From Ruditapes philippinarum (taxonomy: Eukaryota), in contig NW_026865890.1 in the NCBI RefSeq assembly GCF_026571515.1, positions 1 through 64,000 of the forward strand: a stretch of 64,000 nt of DNA, given 5' to 3'. The notes beneath the pieces were generated by a model. It searched no databases. It saw only the letters and a program-made list of their open reading frames with translations, and was not told the origin of the DNA. Positions 37,001 to 49,500 of this stretch are shown here, piece after piece. Made by a program: the position numbers and the translations under genes. Each line of letters begins with the position of its first letter. The stretch's first letter is position 1.

Positions 37001-39085
37001 TTGTTTTTTTATATTTTAATAATTTTTTACTTTATTTTTTTTCAAATGCATGTTGTATATTCAGCAAAACATTCTGCAAGTGATAAGCATCTTAAATGTG
37101 CTAAAACAATTATTCAAACGTTATAAAACTCATCTTGTCCTTTCTTAAGCAAGCGAGCAAACTTTATATTTAAATCTCGTTTGTTTTTCTCTTTTTTTTT
37201 CATCAGAGAAATTAAGCCTTACAACGAAGAAAAAAGCCAGCAAAAAGCAAGAACATTTACAAAATGAAGTGCCCAAATCTATTAATTTCTTACTTCCTGG
37301 AAAATGGCACTGTGTTCTATGTCAACGTGGTTTTAACTCAAGAAGTAACTTACGTTCGCACATGCGCATTCATACTCTAGAGAAACCATTCTCGTGCAAG
37401 TATTGTTCCAGGAAGTTTAGTCAGTCATCAACATTACGAAATCATATCCGGTTACATACAGGTACAATCTTGTGAAATAAATATCATTTTTTTAATCATA
37501 TATCGTAAGTACTAAAGACCAATGGGGACATTTAAAGTTCATAAATTCCCGATTTCATCTTCGTGAGTTCTAGATTTTAACTTCGTGAATTAATGTTTTT
37601 AATCTACAGAATTCACGATTTCAGCATTTCAACCTCACGAATTCACGATTTAAACTTCACGAATTAAACTTCGTGAATTTACGAAGTTAAAATCGTCAAT
37701 TCGTAAAGTAGAAAGCATTAATTCGTGAAGCTTAAATTGTGAATACACTAAGACGAAGCTGTAAATTCCCGTAGATGAAATCGGGCATTCACGTAGATGA
37801 AATGTCCCCACCGGTCTTTCGTACGTAAGGCTGTGATAGAATACATGCCCATCTTTTTCTGTTATATGTATGAATAGCCTGCTGGCGGCAGCATAATCTA
37901 CCCATGCAAGTAGTACAGACCAGGTCATGGTCTGTACTGTCCGCTAGTTATATGCATTTGGCCTCAAATAGGATAAATGTTGTATAAATTTATTTTTAAA
38001 GACATTTGACATGTGATATGGTCATTTATCAACGGTTGCATGAATTATAACCTTCACCTAACGGCTGCGTACAGCCCTAAAATATACTTTCAAGGAACTC
38101 TACTGACGTCCAAAGGCCCCAAAAAAGACTTTTTTACTTAGATCAACTGGGATATTTAGACAGAAACAAATTAAGAAATATACTCGGAAATAAATTTAAA
38201 ATCGTATTTTTGTGCTTTTTCGAAGACAACTTAAGTGAAAGCTTTGCAACGCTTTTCAATTATAGGTCATTATCCACAATTAGAATAAATATTCTGGAAA
38301 AAACGTCTCGCGTAAATGATCTGAAATTTGGCACACAATTTATTGGTCTTGATCGACATCAAATGGAACATTAATCTCCAAACATTGTTTTCAGTCCCGC
38401 CATGTCAAAATAACTCAGTGAAGTTCCTTTAATTACATTGTAGTTCCTTTTGTACTGCAAATCTTACAGGATGTAATAAACAGTGTCATCACACATTATC
38501 ATTATAATTATTATATTCGATTTTTCAAGTTTCTGCCTTTTCTTCGCTAAAGGAACTCCACTGAGGTCCAAAAGAAATAAAATTTGAATTTCTTACATAG
38601 ATCGACTGGGCACTTTAACCAGAAAGATATGGAAAAAAATGATAAAGATAAACTCATATATAAATTGAAAATCGTATTTCTGTGCTATTGTTAACACGAT
38701 TTGAGTGAAAAAGTGAAAACCGTTGCAACGCTTTTCAATGTTGGGTCATTTTTCACTATTACAATACTTATTCTGGAAAAAAAACAGAGTGAGCGAATGA
38801 CTGAAACTTTGCACACATACTATTTGTCTAGACCTACACCAAATAGTACATTTATCTCGAAAATTATTTCCAGTCCCGTGATGTCAAATAAAACTTTTTG
38901 TCCCTCTAAGCTAAGTCAGCGAGATGAATTGATTGTTTACAGTATTTTATTTTATGTATGTATATATATTTTTAACAGGTGAAAAACCATACAGATGTAT
39001 CAAGTGTAACAGTTGCTATTCTCAGCTCGCCGGACTTCGTGCACACCAGCGTAGTGCCACGCATAGACCTTCCAACAAACACTAA
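34040..39085 (+). CDS. PRDM12: PR domain zinc finger protein 12 (289 aa; PR/SET domain plus 3 C2H2 fingers)
   Basis: Exons 34040-34124, 35871-36040, 36532-36684, 36870-36969, 37207-37461, 38979-39085 sum to 870 nt, all GT-AG, phases consistent. N-terminal [13 protein letters not shown]; PR domain [20 protein letters not shown]...GAEMGPY...WE...[30 protein letters not shown]...GQELLVWYG; fingers [51 protein letters not shown] and [22 protein letters not shown], diagnostic of PRDM12. Confidence 0.95.
34265..34830 (-). mobile_element. 5'-truncated non-LTR retrotransposon (LINE) 3' end in PRDM12 intron 1
   Basis: Minus strand translates [55 protein letters not shown]...INA*, the typical Cys/His C-terminus of a LINE ORF2. 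It is followed by a 3' UTR with AATAAA and a (CTT)n tail at 34265-34290. Confidence 0.85.
36147..36372. mobile_element. MITE with (TAT)GGTGGCTGAT termini in PRDM12 intron 2
   Basis: GTGGCTGATTATGT ... GCACAAATCAGCCACCATA, with an internal tandem duplication of GAAAGTACGACAAAGTGGTTTCCTCTGGCGCCCC. Confidence 0.8.
37510..37823. mobile_element. MITE/foldback element in PRDM12 intron 5
   Basis: Termini TACTAAAGACCAATGGGGACATT ... AATGTCCCCACCGGTCTTTCGTA, with internal TTCGTGA/TCACGAA subrepeats. Confidence 0.75.
38090..38890. mobile_element. Two adjacent copies of TTAA MITE family B
   Basis: AAGGAACTCTACTGACG (38092) ... CTCAGTGAAGTTCCTTTAA (38432) and AAGGAACTCCACTGAGG (about 38550); internally colinear with the 42323-42686 copy. 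Confidence 0.75.
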
Positions 39086-40418
39086 AACTGAGAACAATCA
39101 AACATTTATACAAATCTGAAAATTTATATGTAATTTGCATAAAAAATAAAATTTGTTTTATGAAAACACAGATTTGAAGGTGTCTTTTTTTTAGTTTTAG
39201 ATCCATATCGCAAAATGGACCTTGGACAGAAACACATGCAGAACCAAATTTAAATTACCCAGCACCAAACTCCTTGGTTGCTGTCCATTATAGTTTCTAG
39301 TCTTAATGTCGCATTCATAACCAAGGAGTCTTTCTTCTGACAAGGTCCAAGGTTGCTATTGAAATTCCTACGGTAGCTGATTTTGCCACAAAATTACGAC
39401 AAAGTTTAACCACGGACTTTAATTAGCGGAAAATCACCAGTTGCTCGAAGTCAACAACCTTAACCACTCGGCCACAGACTTGATGGAATATAATATTAAT
39501 ATGTGTAATATGATAATTATATTTGTACCGCGAAGATGCAGAAAGTGACAATACAAAAAGCGAAAAAAAAATTGCAAACAACATAATTTCGACATTAAAT
39601 TGCTTTGACATTTTCCATACGACAAAGTTCAACTTAATTTGTGTATTTTTGTATTTTTACAAAGAATCGAAAATACGACATGGCGTAAAACAGCCATATT
39701 ACAATCCTGAACAAGTGAACAGCAGCTATATTTGGATATTTAAAACGTCTTTCTGGAGAGTTTTGGGGCATTGCCATGGTTAAAGCTTATTTGAACCTAT
39801 AAATTGCAAAAGCCAATTATTCAGATGTCTTTGTTTGAACTTCTTCCAGCTAGTACTGGTGTCATAAGAGGAAGTCTGACCAACAACGAAACCACATAGC
39901 TTTGACGTCATCATGGTCATATTTTAATAATACAATGTACTGCAAAGCGGAAATTCATGTAAATAAACGTTTTAACTATTTCTGTAAAACCTCAGCTGTT
40001 TCGGTTGAAGTTGTTTGGGGAAATATGTATTTTAAGTTTGTTTGGTTATGTCCATCGTAATGATAGTAACCTTTTCTTGCCAAACAAAATCTCAGATATC
40101 TGGTACAGGTTTCAATAAGACCTCTCGTTTAGAAACATTTTGATTGCAGTTAAAGCTTATAGTTAGTAGAATCTTTGATATCTGGTACTAAGAATGCTAT
40201 ATTTTTACAATAAGGCAAATGATTAATGAGGAACTATCTGTTTTTATAAATCTTTGAAGTATTGTATTTTTGGAAAAAAATATGGGTTTAGAGATGTAAA
40301 AGTAGTGGAATGAAGGATATGTTTAGCTTACATTGATATTTGGTTGAGAATTATTTTTGAGAAAATAAATTTAATTTTTTAAATGTATATTTTGGATAAT
40401 TTAAGAATTAGCTTGAGA

Positions 40419-40451
40419 CAGGTACGTATATTACGTTAATATACGTACCTG
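40419..40451. mobile_element. 33-bp hairpin insertion with 7-bp target-site duplication
   Basis: CTTGAGA [CAGGTACGTATATTA-CGT-TAATATACGTACCTG] CTTGAGA. Confidence 0.75.
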
Positions 40452-42322
40452 CTTGAGATTGTATTTTGCATTTTATTATTTCTGGATTTCTTTTTTTAAG
40501 TTGAGATCTAATCAAAAGGTTAAGAAACCACAAGAACAATTTATATTTGAATATTTCAAATAGGTACGGCTAAGCATCCCAAGAAAAATTATTTATTTAC
40601 ATTTAAGAATATCAAAATATTATTTTGTAGTACACTAGAATAATAATCATTCGCTCAGTACACGCTACATATTGACTGAATCTTAAGATGCTCGTGTCGT
40701 CGTTTCCGATTGCATTTAAGTATATCAGGAAAAAAACCTTCAAAATTACATAAGTTATAAATCAATCATGAATATCTATATCTATAATTTAGATAAAACT
40801 TGTTTTTGAAGTTTTAATGAAACATATTTAAATTACAAGTATGGACCCTGGATTCAAAGTGTAATGAGAGCCCTTAGGTGTATTACCAAATAAATGCAAA
40901 ATTAATAAAAAAATAAATAAGAAATAAATAAAATGATGAAAAAGAAGAAATGCCCCTAGTACTACTATATGTTAGTAACGCTAACGTGAATCTACCAAGG
41001 GAGGTAATCACGTGAGAAGTTTGTGCAGTATGGAGTTGGGAGTTGCCTCCCATCTTCTATGTTATTTTTCACAATAATTGAACTGTTTTACATGATGAGA
41101 TTTTAATTTATTATATACTTATAAATGAAATATTGAGAAATATTAATGAAATAAAATGTGTATTTTCAGTTTCTGTATTTTCACTGAAAAAATTTATTTT
41201 TCACTGCAGTGAAACATATTTTCCGTATTTTCACTGGTGTCTTGCCGGACTACTTTCTTTTAAATTCTGCCAGTACCCAAAATTTAAGGGAAAGTCTTTC
41301 AAATTTTAATGTCAAAAATGAGTAAAATGTATAAAATAAACAGAAAATTCAAGTTTTTTCCATAAATACATGATGTATTTTCATCTTGTGGCATGAAAAT
41401 TACCATATTTCACTTGTGGCTACCGCCACTCATGAAATATTTATTTTCATACCACTCGATGAAAATAAATCATGTATTTATAGAAAAAACTTCAATATCC
41501 TCTATATATTACTTTAGTATATGTATTTTCATCACTACATGTACATGTAATAAAAGTCGTTGCATGTAAATTTCATGCTATGCAATAAAGTGTAACTCAT
41601 CCTGCCTGTCAGTTTAAGGTAAGTTGACCAAAATTTAAATTTTAAAATATTTTATATAAATTTATTATAAGTGAAATAAAAACTACCAGATTGTGAGCCT
41701 CCAGTAGATATGCCAGACCACCCTGAGGTGCTACATCGTTCCTGTTAACAAACTTTCCTGTTAACAAAGAATTCATAGGCTAAGTAGGGGAGTACTATTC
41801 TCACAAAAAGGCGAATTTTACCATTGTGACTACCAAAGCCACTTCTATCTACTTTTTTATTGTAAAATCTTTACTTTCGCCTTACCTTGAAAAAACAACA
41901 AAAGAAAAAACCTTATTTTTGTCCAAGATTCTACTTTTTCAACTGGGGCAGTCTGCTTGTGTAACATGTAATTCATAAATTGAATACTTTTCTTAAAATC
42001 TTGTTACATTCTCTCTTAAGGTTAATTTTCTTTAATTGTTTTTAGGCTAACCTGTACATTCTTTCTTAAGGTTAATTTTCTTTAATTGTTTTTAGGCTAA
42101 CATGGAGGCATGCAGCTTTAAAATCAAAGCCTCTTGTACCATGTTGTTTGACCTTTATTCAGATTACCGGTATTCATATCTGCCTGTGGTAATATACACA
42201 ATGGGTAGATCTTTTTTAATTGGTTGTAAAAATAACAGTATCTTTAACAGTTACCAGGTTTAAAAGGTTGACCAGACTTAACACTTAATAACAGGCAGTG
42301 ATGTGTCAATCACAAGCAATTG

Positions 42323-42686
42323 TTAAAGGGACTCCACTGAGGTTTAAAAGCCTAAAACATAACATTTTAATTTCTTAAATAAATGAGCTGGGGCACTTTA
42401 AACAGAAATGTATGCAAAGATGGTTAAGAAATATACTTTGAAATAAATTGAAAATTGTATTTTTATGCTTTTCCTAGCCTGCTTTGAGTAAAAAGTGTTG
42501 AAACGCTTTTCATTTTGGGTCATTTTTTTACAATTTGAATAGTTATTCTGGAGAAAAGAAGTGCATGAATGATCTGAAATTTTGCACAAAGATTAGTGGT
42601 CTAAACCTACATCGAATGGTACATTTACCTGGAAAAAAATATTTTCAGTCCCATCATGTCAAAAACCCTCAGTGGAGTCCCTTTAA
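42323..42686. mobile_element. TTAA-flanked MITE family B (Kolobok/piggyBac-like)
   Basis: TTAA-AGGGACTCCACTGAGG ... CCTCAGTGGAGTCCCT-TTAA: perfect 16-bp TIR. Confidence 0.88.
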
Positions 42687-44118
42687 GCATTGTCATAGTT
42701 TGAAAACATCTGTACTAAATTTTAAGCCATCAACCTTTATAAAATGCAAAAATCTATGTACAACATCTTTTTTATTCAGAATTTTTGATGAAATATTTCT
42801 TAGTTATTAGTGTAAAACACCATGCTAATGTTCATGAAAATTTAGAAAATGTATTTAAAAAAATTAAAATTTTGTGATGTGAACAAAGACATTATTTTGC
42901 ACATTGTAAACTGGGCACTTAAAATCCATGTTAATTACCAAATAGAGGAAAAATAGCCCCTACTGTGTTAAAATCAGTTATTTAATCGAACATGACAATA
43001 TCATGTAAATTATTACTCAGTGAATTTGAAACTTTTTACTTTCCTTAAAATCTTAGAACAATTTTCTCAGGTTTAATTTCCTTGAAATATTTTTGGCTCA
43101 TCTTGAGGTATGCAGCTTTAATCTAATATTGGTTCAATATTTATTTAATTTGGTTGAGTCCTTCTTTTACAGTGCATGATCACAATATATACAGTAATCA
43201 AATTTACTTGATTAAAGAAAATTCAGTGTAGCATAAAAAAGCAATTTTCTTGAAAATACAGGGATGCATTGATCCTGACTCAAATCAATAAAAGATGACA
43301 ATAAATCAATCTGTAAAGAGGGGATTATTTCTGTATGAAGACACTATGAAGATAGAGGGGAGTTCAGTTAGTAATTGATTAGTGTATATCTTACAGTGGG
43401 ACCGTCCCAACACCTGGTGTTGGTATTGATCTATTGATTCACTTTAACTGTTGTCATTGAGGTAGCATATGTTTATTATCTAGGAGGATTTCATGATGTA
43501 AAATGTTCACTGGATATAAATTATACATGTGTATATAGATATATATAGGTTTAATGAATTTTGGGGAAAATGTGCTCAATGACAATGGGATAAAATGGAA
43601 TTAAATATTTGTAAATTGATGTAATGTTATAATTGATGCGAATGGTGAAGATTAATTGAAAGACTTATAATGTAAGTGTTTTTTTTTCACTACAGTAAGT
43701 TTCTTTTTTTCAAAGTGTATACTTTTCACTGTTCTTATGTCTGTTCAAATACACCTGCTGAATATACCCATGTAAACAGTGCAGACGGTGGGTGGCATAC
43801 CTAAATCTATCTGATCATGGTCTGCACTGATTACTAGATAGATAGATCTTTATCATCTTTTATCAGGTTATATAATTGTACAACAACATGACATATAATG
43901 ATGTTTAATATTTTACAACATAGTAGTCTCTCAGTATTCTGTAGGTACTGTCCACATTTTGAAACTTTCCATTAAAATGATGAATGGTTTTGTTTAAGAG
44001 TAAAGAGATATTTTAAAACTAAGATAACAGGATTTAGGGTAGGACATCCAGGCTGTCTCTACAGTGATGTTGATATAGTGACAGACTAAGTAAGCTGACA
44101 AAGCGGCCCCCTAAGGTT

Positions 44119-44473
44119 TTAAAGGGACTCCACTGAGGTTTTTTGACACAACAGGACTGGAATTAATTTTTTGAGATTAATGTTCCATTTGATGTAGGTC
44201 TAAACCAATAACTTTTGTGCAAAATTTCAGATCATTGGCACACTCCGTTTTTTTCCAGAATAACTATTCATATAGTGAAAAATGACCAAAAATTGAAAAG
44301 CAAGGCTTTTCATTCAAAACGGACTGAGAATAGCACAAAAAAAAAGATTTTCAATTTTTTTTTTTAAATTATTTTTTGCATATCTTTCAGTTTTAATTGC
44401 TCCAGCTAATCCATAATATACAAATCCAATTTTAGGTTTTTATGCCTTTGAATCTCAGTGGAGTTCCTTTTAA
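44119..44473. mobile_element. TTAA-flanked MITE family B, opposite orientation
   Basis: TTAA-AGGGACTCCACTGAGG ... CTCAGTGGAGTTCCTT-TTAA; interior is the reverse complement of 42323-42686. Confidence 0.82.
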
Positions 44474-46547
44474 TATATTTCTTTTTGATTATAAATTAAT
44501 CAGTGAGATTTTTGGATTGTGGACTTTCTTAAGAACCAAGCTTTCTGTGAGAATTAACTGGTAATTGCCAAGTTTTGGTGAGTGTATTCTAAATGTTACA
44601 GTGAATTTGTAATATATGTTTTATACTCAATAGGTTTGAAGTTAATGAACCTACCTACAAATTACTTTTATGTCATAAAATTTGAGGGTTAAAGTGATTA
44701 AAAAAAATTAAATTGTTACCATAATTTACATATTTGGATTCTTATTGTTTAAATACAGCTGTTCTTAAGTGAAATTTATTTATAAAAAACAAAATTGATG
44801 TAAATGATATTTTGACATGCACTCAACAATATCAACTTTGAAAATATGAGTTCAGTATAAATAAGCTGAACATTTTTTTCTTCATCTGTGATAAATCAGT
44901 CAGAAGCACATGTATTAGTTTTTCTTATTGTGATGTTTGGTATTTTGGTGTACATGTACTATGTACATGTATGGTGTTTTATTGTAATTTTACCTTTGTA
45001 ACAGTATGTGTTAACATACAAGAAAGACAAGTGTCAACATTGTCTATAACATGGGTCATGTCTTTTTTTGTACATTTACAGTTACAAGGCTTAGTAACTG
45101 TTGTAACTTTTCTTTAACATTAATTGTTGCTTTTTAATCTGCTCATTGACATAACTTAGAACCCTAAGCCTGCAAAAATGTACCCATGCAACCATTGCAG
45201 AACAGACCAGCCGTCACATCCTTGATGTCTGTTCATGTTCTGTACTGTTTGCTATTCAGTATAAGAACAAGTAAAATGGTTTCCTGCGGGGGAACATTTA
45301 TAATGATTTAAAGATATTTCATTTAGCTATTTTCAACATTGTTTGGGGGAAAAAATGAAAAAAAAATAACGTTTGTATCAGGAATATAGTTGACAATAAT
45401 TGATCAATAGAAGGTCTTTGGTCTTGGTCGAAAAAAAAAACAATATTTATGTTTAAGAAAATGATTAAATACCATTGTATGAATAATTCCGTGCAAAAGA
45501 TTAAATAAAATAAAATAAAGTAAACACACAAGTTTACGCAGAAAATATCTCTATCTATTATGGCAGATGCCACAAACGAATGTTTTAATTCTGTGGATTT
45601 TCACTGTAAACAATTTATTGTTTGTAAAATTTCAGATAGATATTAAAGAAACATTGATAATTTTCAAACACATCATTCAAGTTTTTCCATCTTAAACGGT
45701 AAAATAATAATAGAAAATTAGAAATATCACGTAATAGTATTATGTTCTTAATTAGGTGTAATTCGGACTAATTACCTAGCATTGTGTACACCGGTCATTT
45801 GAGAGACCGGTGTGTATGATTCCCTAGAGGTAAATCCGTAACGTACCGGGAAACGGTATTTAGCTATGTTTTCGAATAGGTCAATTAACCAATCATGTAC
45901 GGTTTACAGATCACATGCTCCTCCATGTACCGAAAACAGGTCACGTGCTCCTCCATGCCTGAAAAATTAAACGCGTACCAATACCTTGCGGGCCGGTTTA
46001 AATTTTCTCTTAAAATGATGACTGGTTTTGCCCAGATTGAAAGATGGACAAGTGCTTTTAAGATATTTAGTGTTGTAAGGTTAGATAATGTAAGTGGAAG
46101 GTATTGGTTTACTATTTTAAAATTTTGGGAAAATTTAAATTTTTTTTTAAAATTTAAAAGGGCCCCTTATTTTCCAGAAATTTTTTTTCAGGGGTTGCCC
46201 TTTAAGGGTTTTAGGCATCGAATTGCGGCCCCTTTATCCCCGCGTGATGGTAAGAGGGGAGAGCTGAAGTGGTTTTTTTCCCCTTGGTGTTGCTTTTAAA
46301 TTTTGGGGGCATAGACCTAAATTTAGCGCCGTAAAACCAAAAAAAACAAAAGGGGAAGGTAAAAAAATTAGTACTAAGGCTTTTGTAAATACAAAGTGTT
46401 TCTATAGGAAAATATTTGCTTTTTTAGACATATTGGGCCTTTAAGGAATTTTTAAGATAATATTTATGTTCTTATGTTACAATGGTTACATATTTGACAT
46501 GTTACAGGTTTGCTGGTGATTAATGATAATGAAGATGATGGTAATTC

Positions 46548-49500
46548 ATGATGTATTCTGGTAGGATATGTTGGCTTCTGTATTTGGCTGTTACATTAAT
46601 AGGTGAGTACAATAATATTTCAATGTAGTGTCAGTCAAACGTGTGAACAAAGGTCAACCAAGGGAGAGACTAAACATGGCCTTTATAGACAAGTGGTCAG
46701 TATTTGAAGAGTTACTCTAATCTATTTAATCAATGAATGGTTGACCAAGCGGGGCCTTTATTTACAGGGTGATCTTTATTTAGAGGTGATCTTTAACACA
46801 GGATTGACTGTATATACATGTACATGTACATTTGTGTATGTAATGGTGATATAGTTAAGATGTTTGCCTCTCAGATCAGAGATCTATTAAGTTTGAACCC
46901 TCTTTAAGTCACAACTATCTTCCTCCTTTATATGGCAACTTCACTGAATGGACCACTGGATGAGCCTTCTTCAATGATTAAATATTTGCTTCACTATTAA
47001 ATTTACTTGTAGATGTACATGTACATGTAAATGGTTTGTTTGGTTGAGTTTTAGTAGCAGCACACTGTAAAGATTATATGAAGACTTCAGGTGTCCTTCA
47101 GGTGAATAATATCAGGCACAATAAAGCACTGTAGAACCGTCTATGTCTTGTCAATTTTACTAGATAACTTCCTCACAAGAAGAATCCAAAACTACTGGTG
47201 GGATTAAATGAACCCACAGCAGTAAGGTGCAAGTCATTTAAAGTTGAGGATCTTAATAATCTCAGCAACAGATGCCCTTATATTTACTCAAGGGTTTTGC
47301 ACCACAACAAAATACATAATAATGTAACAATTTTACCTACAATAATGTTGCAAAGGCCTTCTACTGGTACTCCCTTCTAAAAAATGGTCAGAACATCACC
47401 TACAATAATTTATTAAAAGCCTTCTGGCGTATCCCTCTTAAAGAAAGTGTCCACATCACCATGAATAATTTATGGAAAGCCAAATTGATTTAGCTTCAAA
47501 ACAAAAATACCATATCACCTAATTTAAAAAAGTCAAAATTAAAACACTAGCCTATTTCATGACATGATTTTCTTTTGTTTTAGACTATATAGGTAAACAA
47601 TAATGTAATGATATTCTCATACTTAAAATGTTGCCAGTCTGCCCTGTATTATATCAAAGTGCTATCACATTGTCTGAAGTTGTCAGAAAATGTTAGAACA
47701 TATGTTTGGTATTGCACTTTACTTGTATGTAATTGTATACCACTCTAACATTGGTGTATTGTTTCAGACATTTATGTAGTATTTTAAAGTTTTTTTGTTG
47801 TTGTTGTATTAGTGTAAGTGACTATCAATTTAAGATCAATTTCTAATAGATAAAGTTGGAATTCTCAACATTCATGCATGCCTATCTGAATACAGTGTAA
47901 CCTTCACAGTACATCTGTCTGTAGAGTAAATTGCCACCAGAGTCTTTCAGTTCTTCCAGATGTATGACTTTACAATATGAATTTATGACTATAACCTTTC
48001 AAGATTGGTACCTTCCAGCAGTAAGGGAAATGTTTGCCTCTCCAAGGTGTTGCTTTACACAGGTTTAAACTGTATACATACATACATATAGATTTACAGG
48101 GGGACTCCTGGGGGTTGTTCCAGTGGCCAATTGGTTCAGGTCACTGGCTCAGCCTTTTGCACCCTCAACATTGTGTTAAAATCAATGGGCAATATTGGTT
48201 AAGATCACTGAGCATTTTGTTCCCTCACTATTGAATGTTCAAATCCAGCCAGGGACTTTGGATTTATTAATTTGAGGAAGCTAACCAGCTGGCTTTTAGT
48301 AGGAATGTGGTTTTACTTTGGTACTCATGTCTGAAATATTGCATTGAATGGCTCCTGAGGTTCTTCCTCTAACCACAAAATAACTAGTTATTGCCACTAG
48401 TATAAAGCCAGACCAGCCTGCACATCCTTGCAGTCAGACCAGGCTCTATACTGTTGGTAGCTCAATTTTTAGCTTGTCTGTTTATAGAAGAAAAAGTTAA
48501 GGTATAATGAATGCAGTGCCGTCGTGTTAGTTGTTGTCATGCAAAAACTTTAATGTCGCCCATTATTTCAAACATTTATAAAGTTATCAACATGAAAATT
48601 TAGAATACTAGTCTTAAGATGATAGACACGGGACATTGTTCTGTTAGCTATATTTTGTTTTGTCAATATACCACTTCTTAACTTAAATTTTTGTCAAAAG
48701 TTGTTATTTAAACAAACAAGCATTGCTCTTGTTGTATTTTAATACTGAAATCTCTTACATATTGAATAGACAGTTTCAAATTATTTGCTGGCTGGGCAAT
48801 TCCATTAAACAAATTCAGCAGGTGACAATTAACCACTGATTTTCTGCATTTTTTAACATGGATACCCAACTTTACATTTGAAACATGTTTGATTTTCCTT
48901 TCTTTACAGGAAGCTACATCAATTTTATGTCAATTTTATTACAGGCATCAATGGTTGTAAAGGAATTGTTTGAGATCTAAACAGATTAAAATCATTAATA
49001 TCATAATAAAAATAACTGGTCTGGATCATCTAAAGAGAATTTCTTAAGCCAAATAACAATGATGACAAGTTATAATTTGTAGAATATTGTTTTGTGTTTC
49101 TTTACAGTCATTGAACATTTTTGTTGTTTTTTAGGCTGTTTTGTCAACATCATTTAGTATAAAAACACACTAATGTATGAAAAATTTAGTCATTTTAATA
49201 TGAAAAAATTTTGGACGGGGTCCGGTCTAATTTGGAAAAAATGCACAGTGTTTTGCCAAATTGGGATCTTTTATGAAAAGTTAACATCATATCATATTTT
49301 GAATATTTCAATTTCAATGCTTGTAAACATTTTGCATTCTAAATTATAATACATGTATCTACTTTTTGGGGATTCATTACTCTGTGAATATGGGTATAAT
49401 ATCTCAATTACATTTCAGATTTTTTTTGGGTTTGGAATTGGAAAAAAATATATCTATGAATAAAAATAGTAGTGATTATAAAGACTTTATTTAAAGGCAC

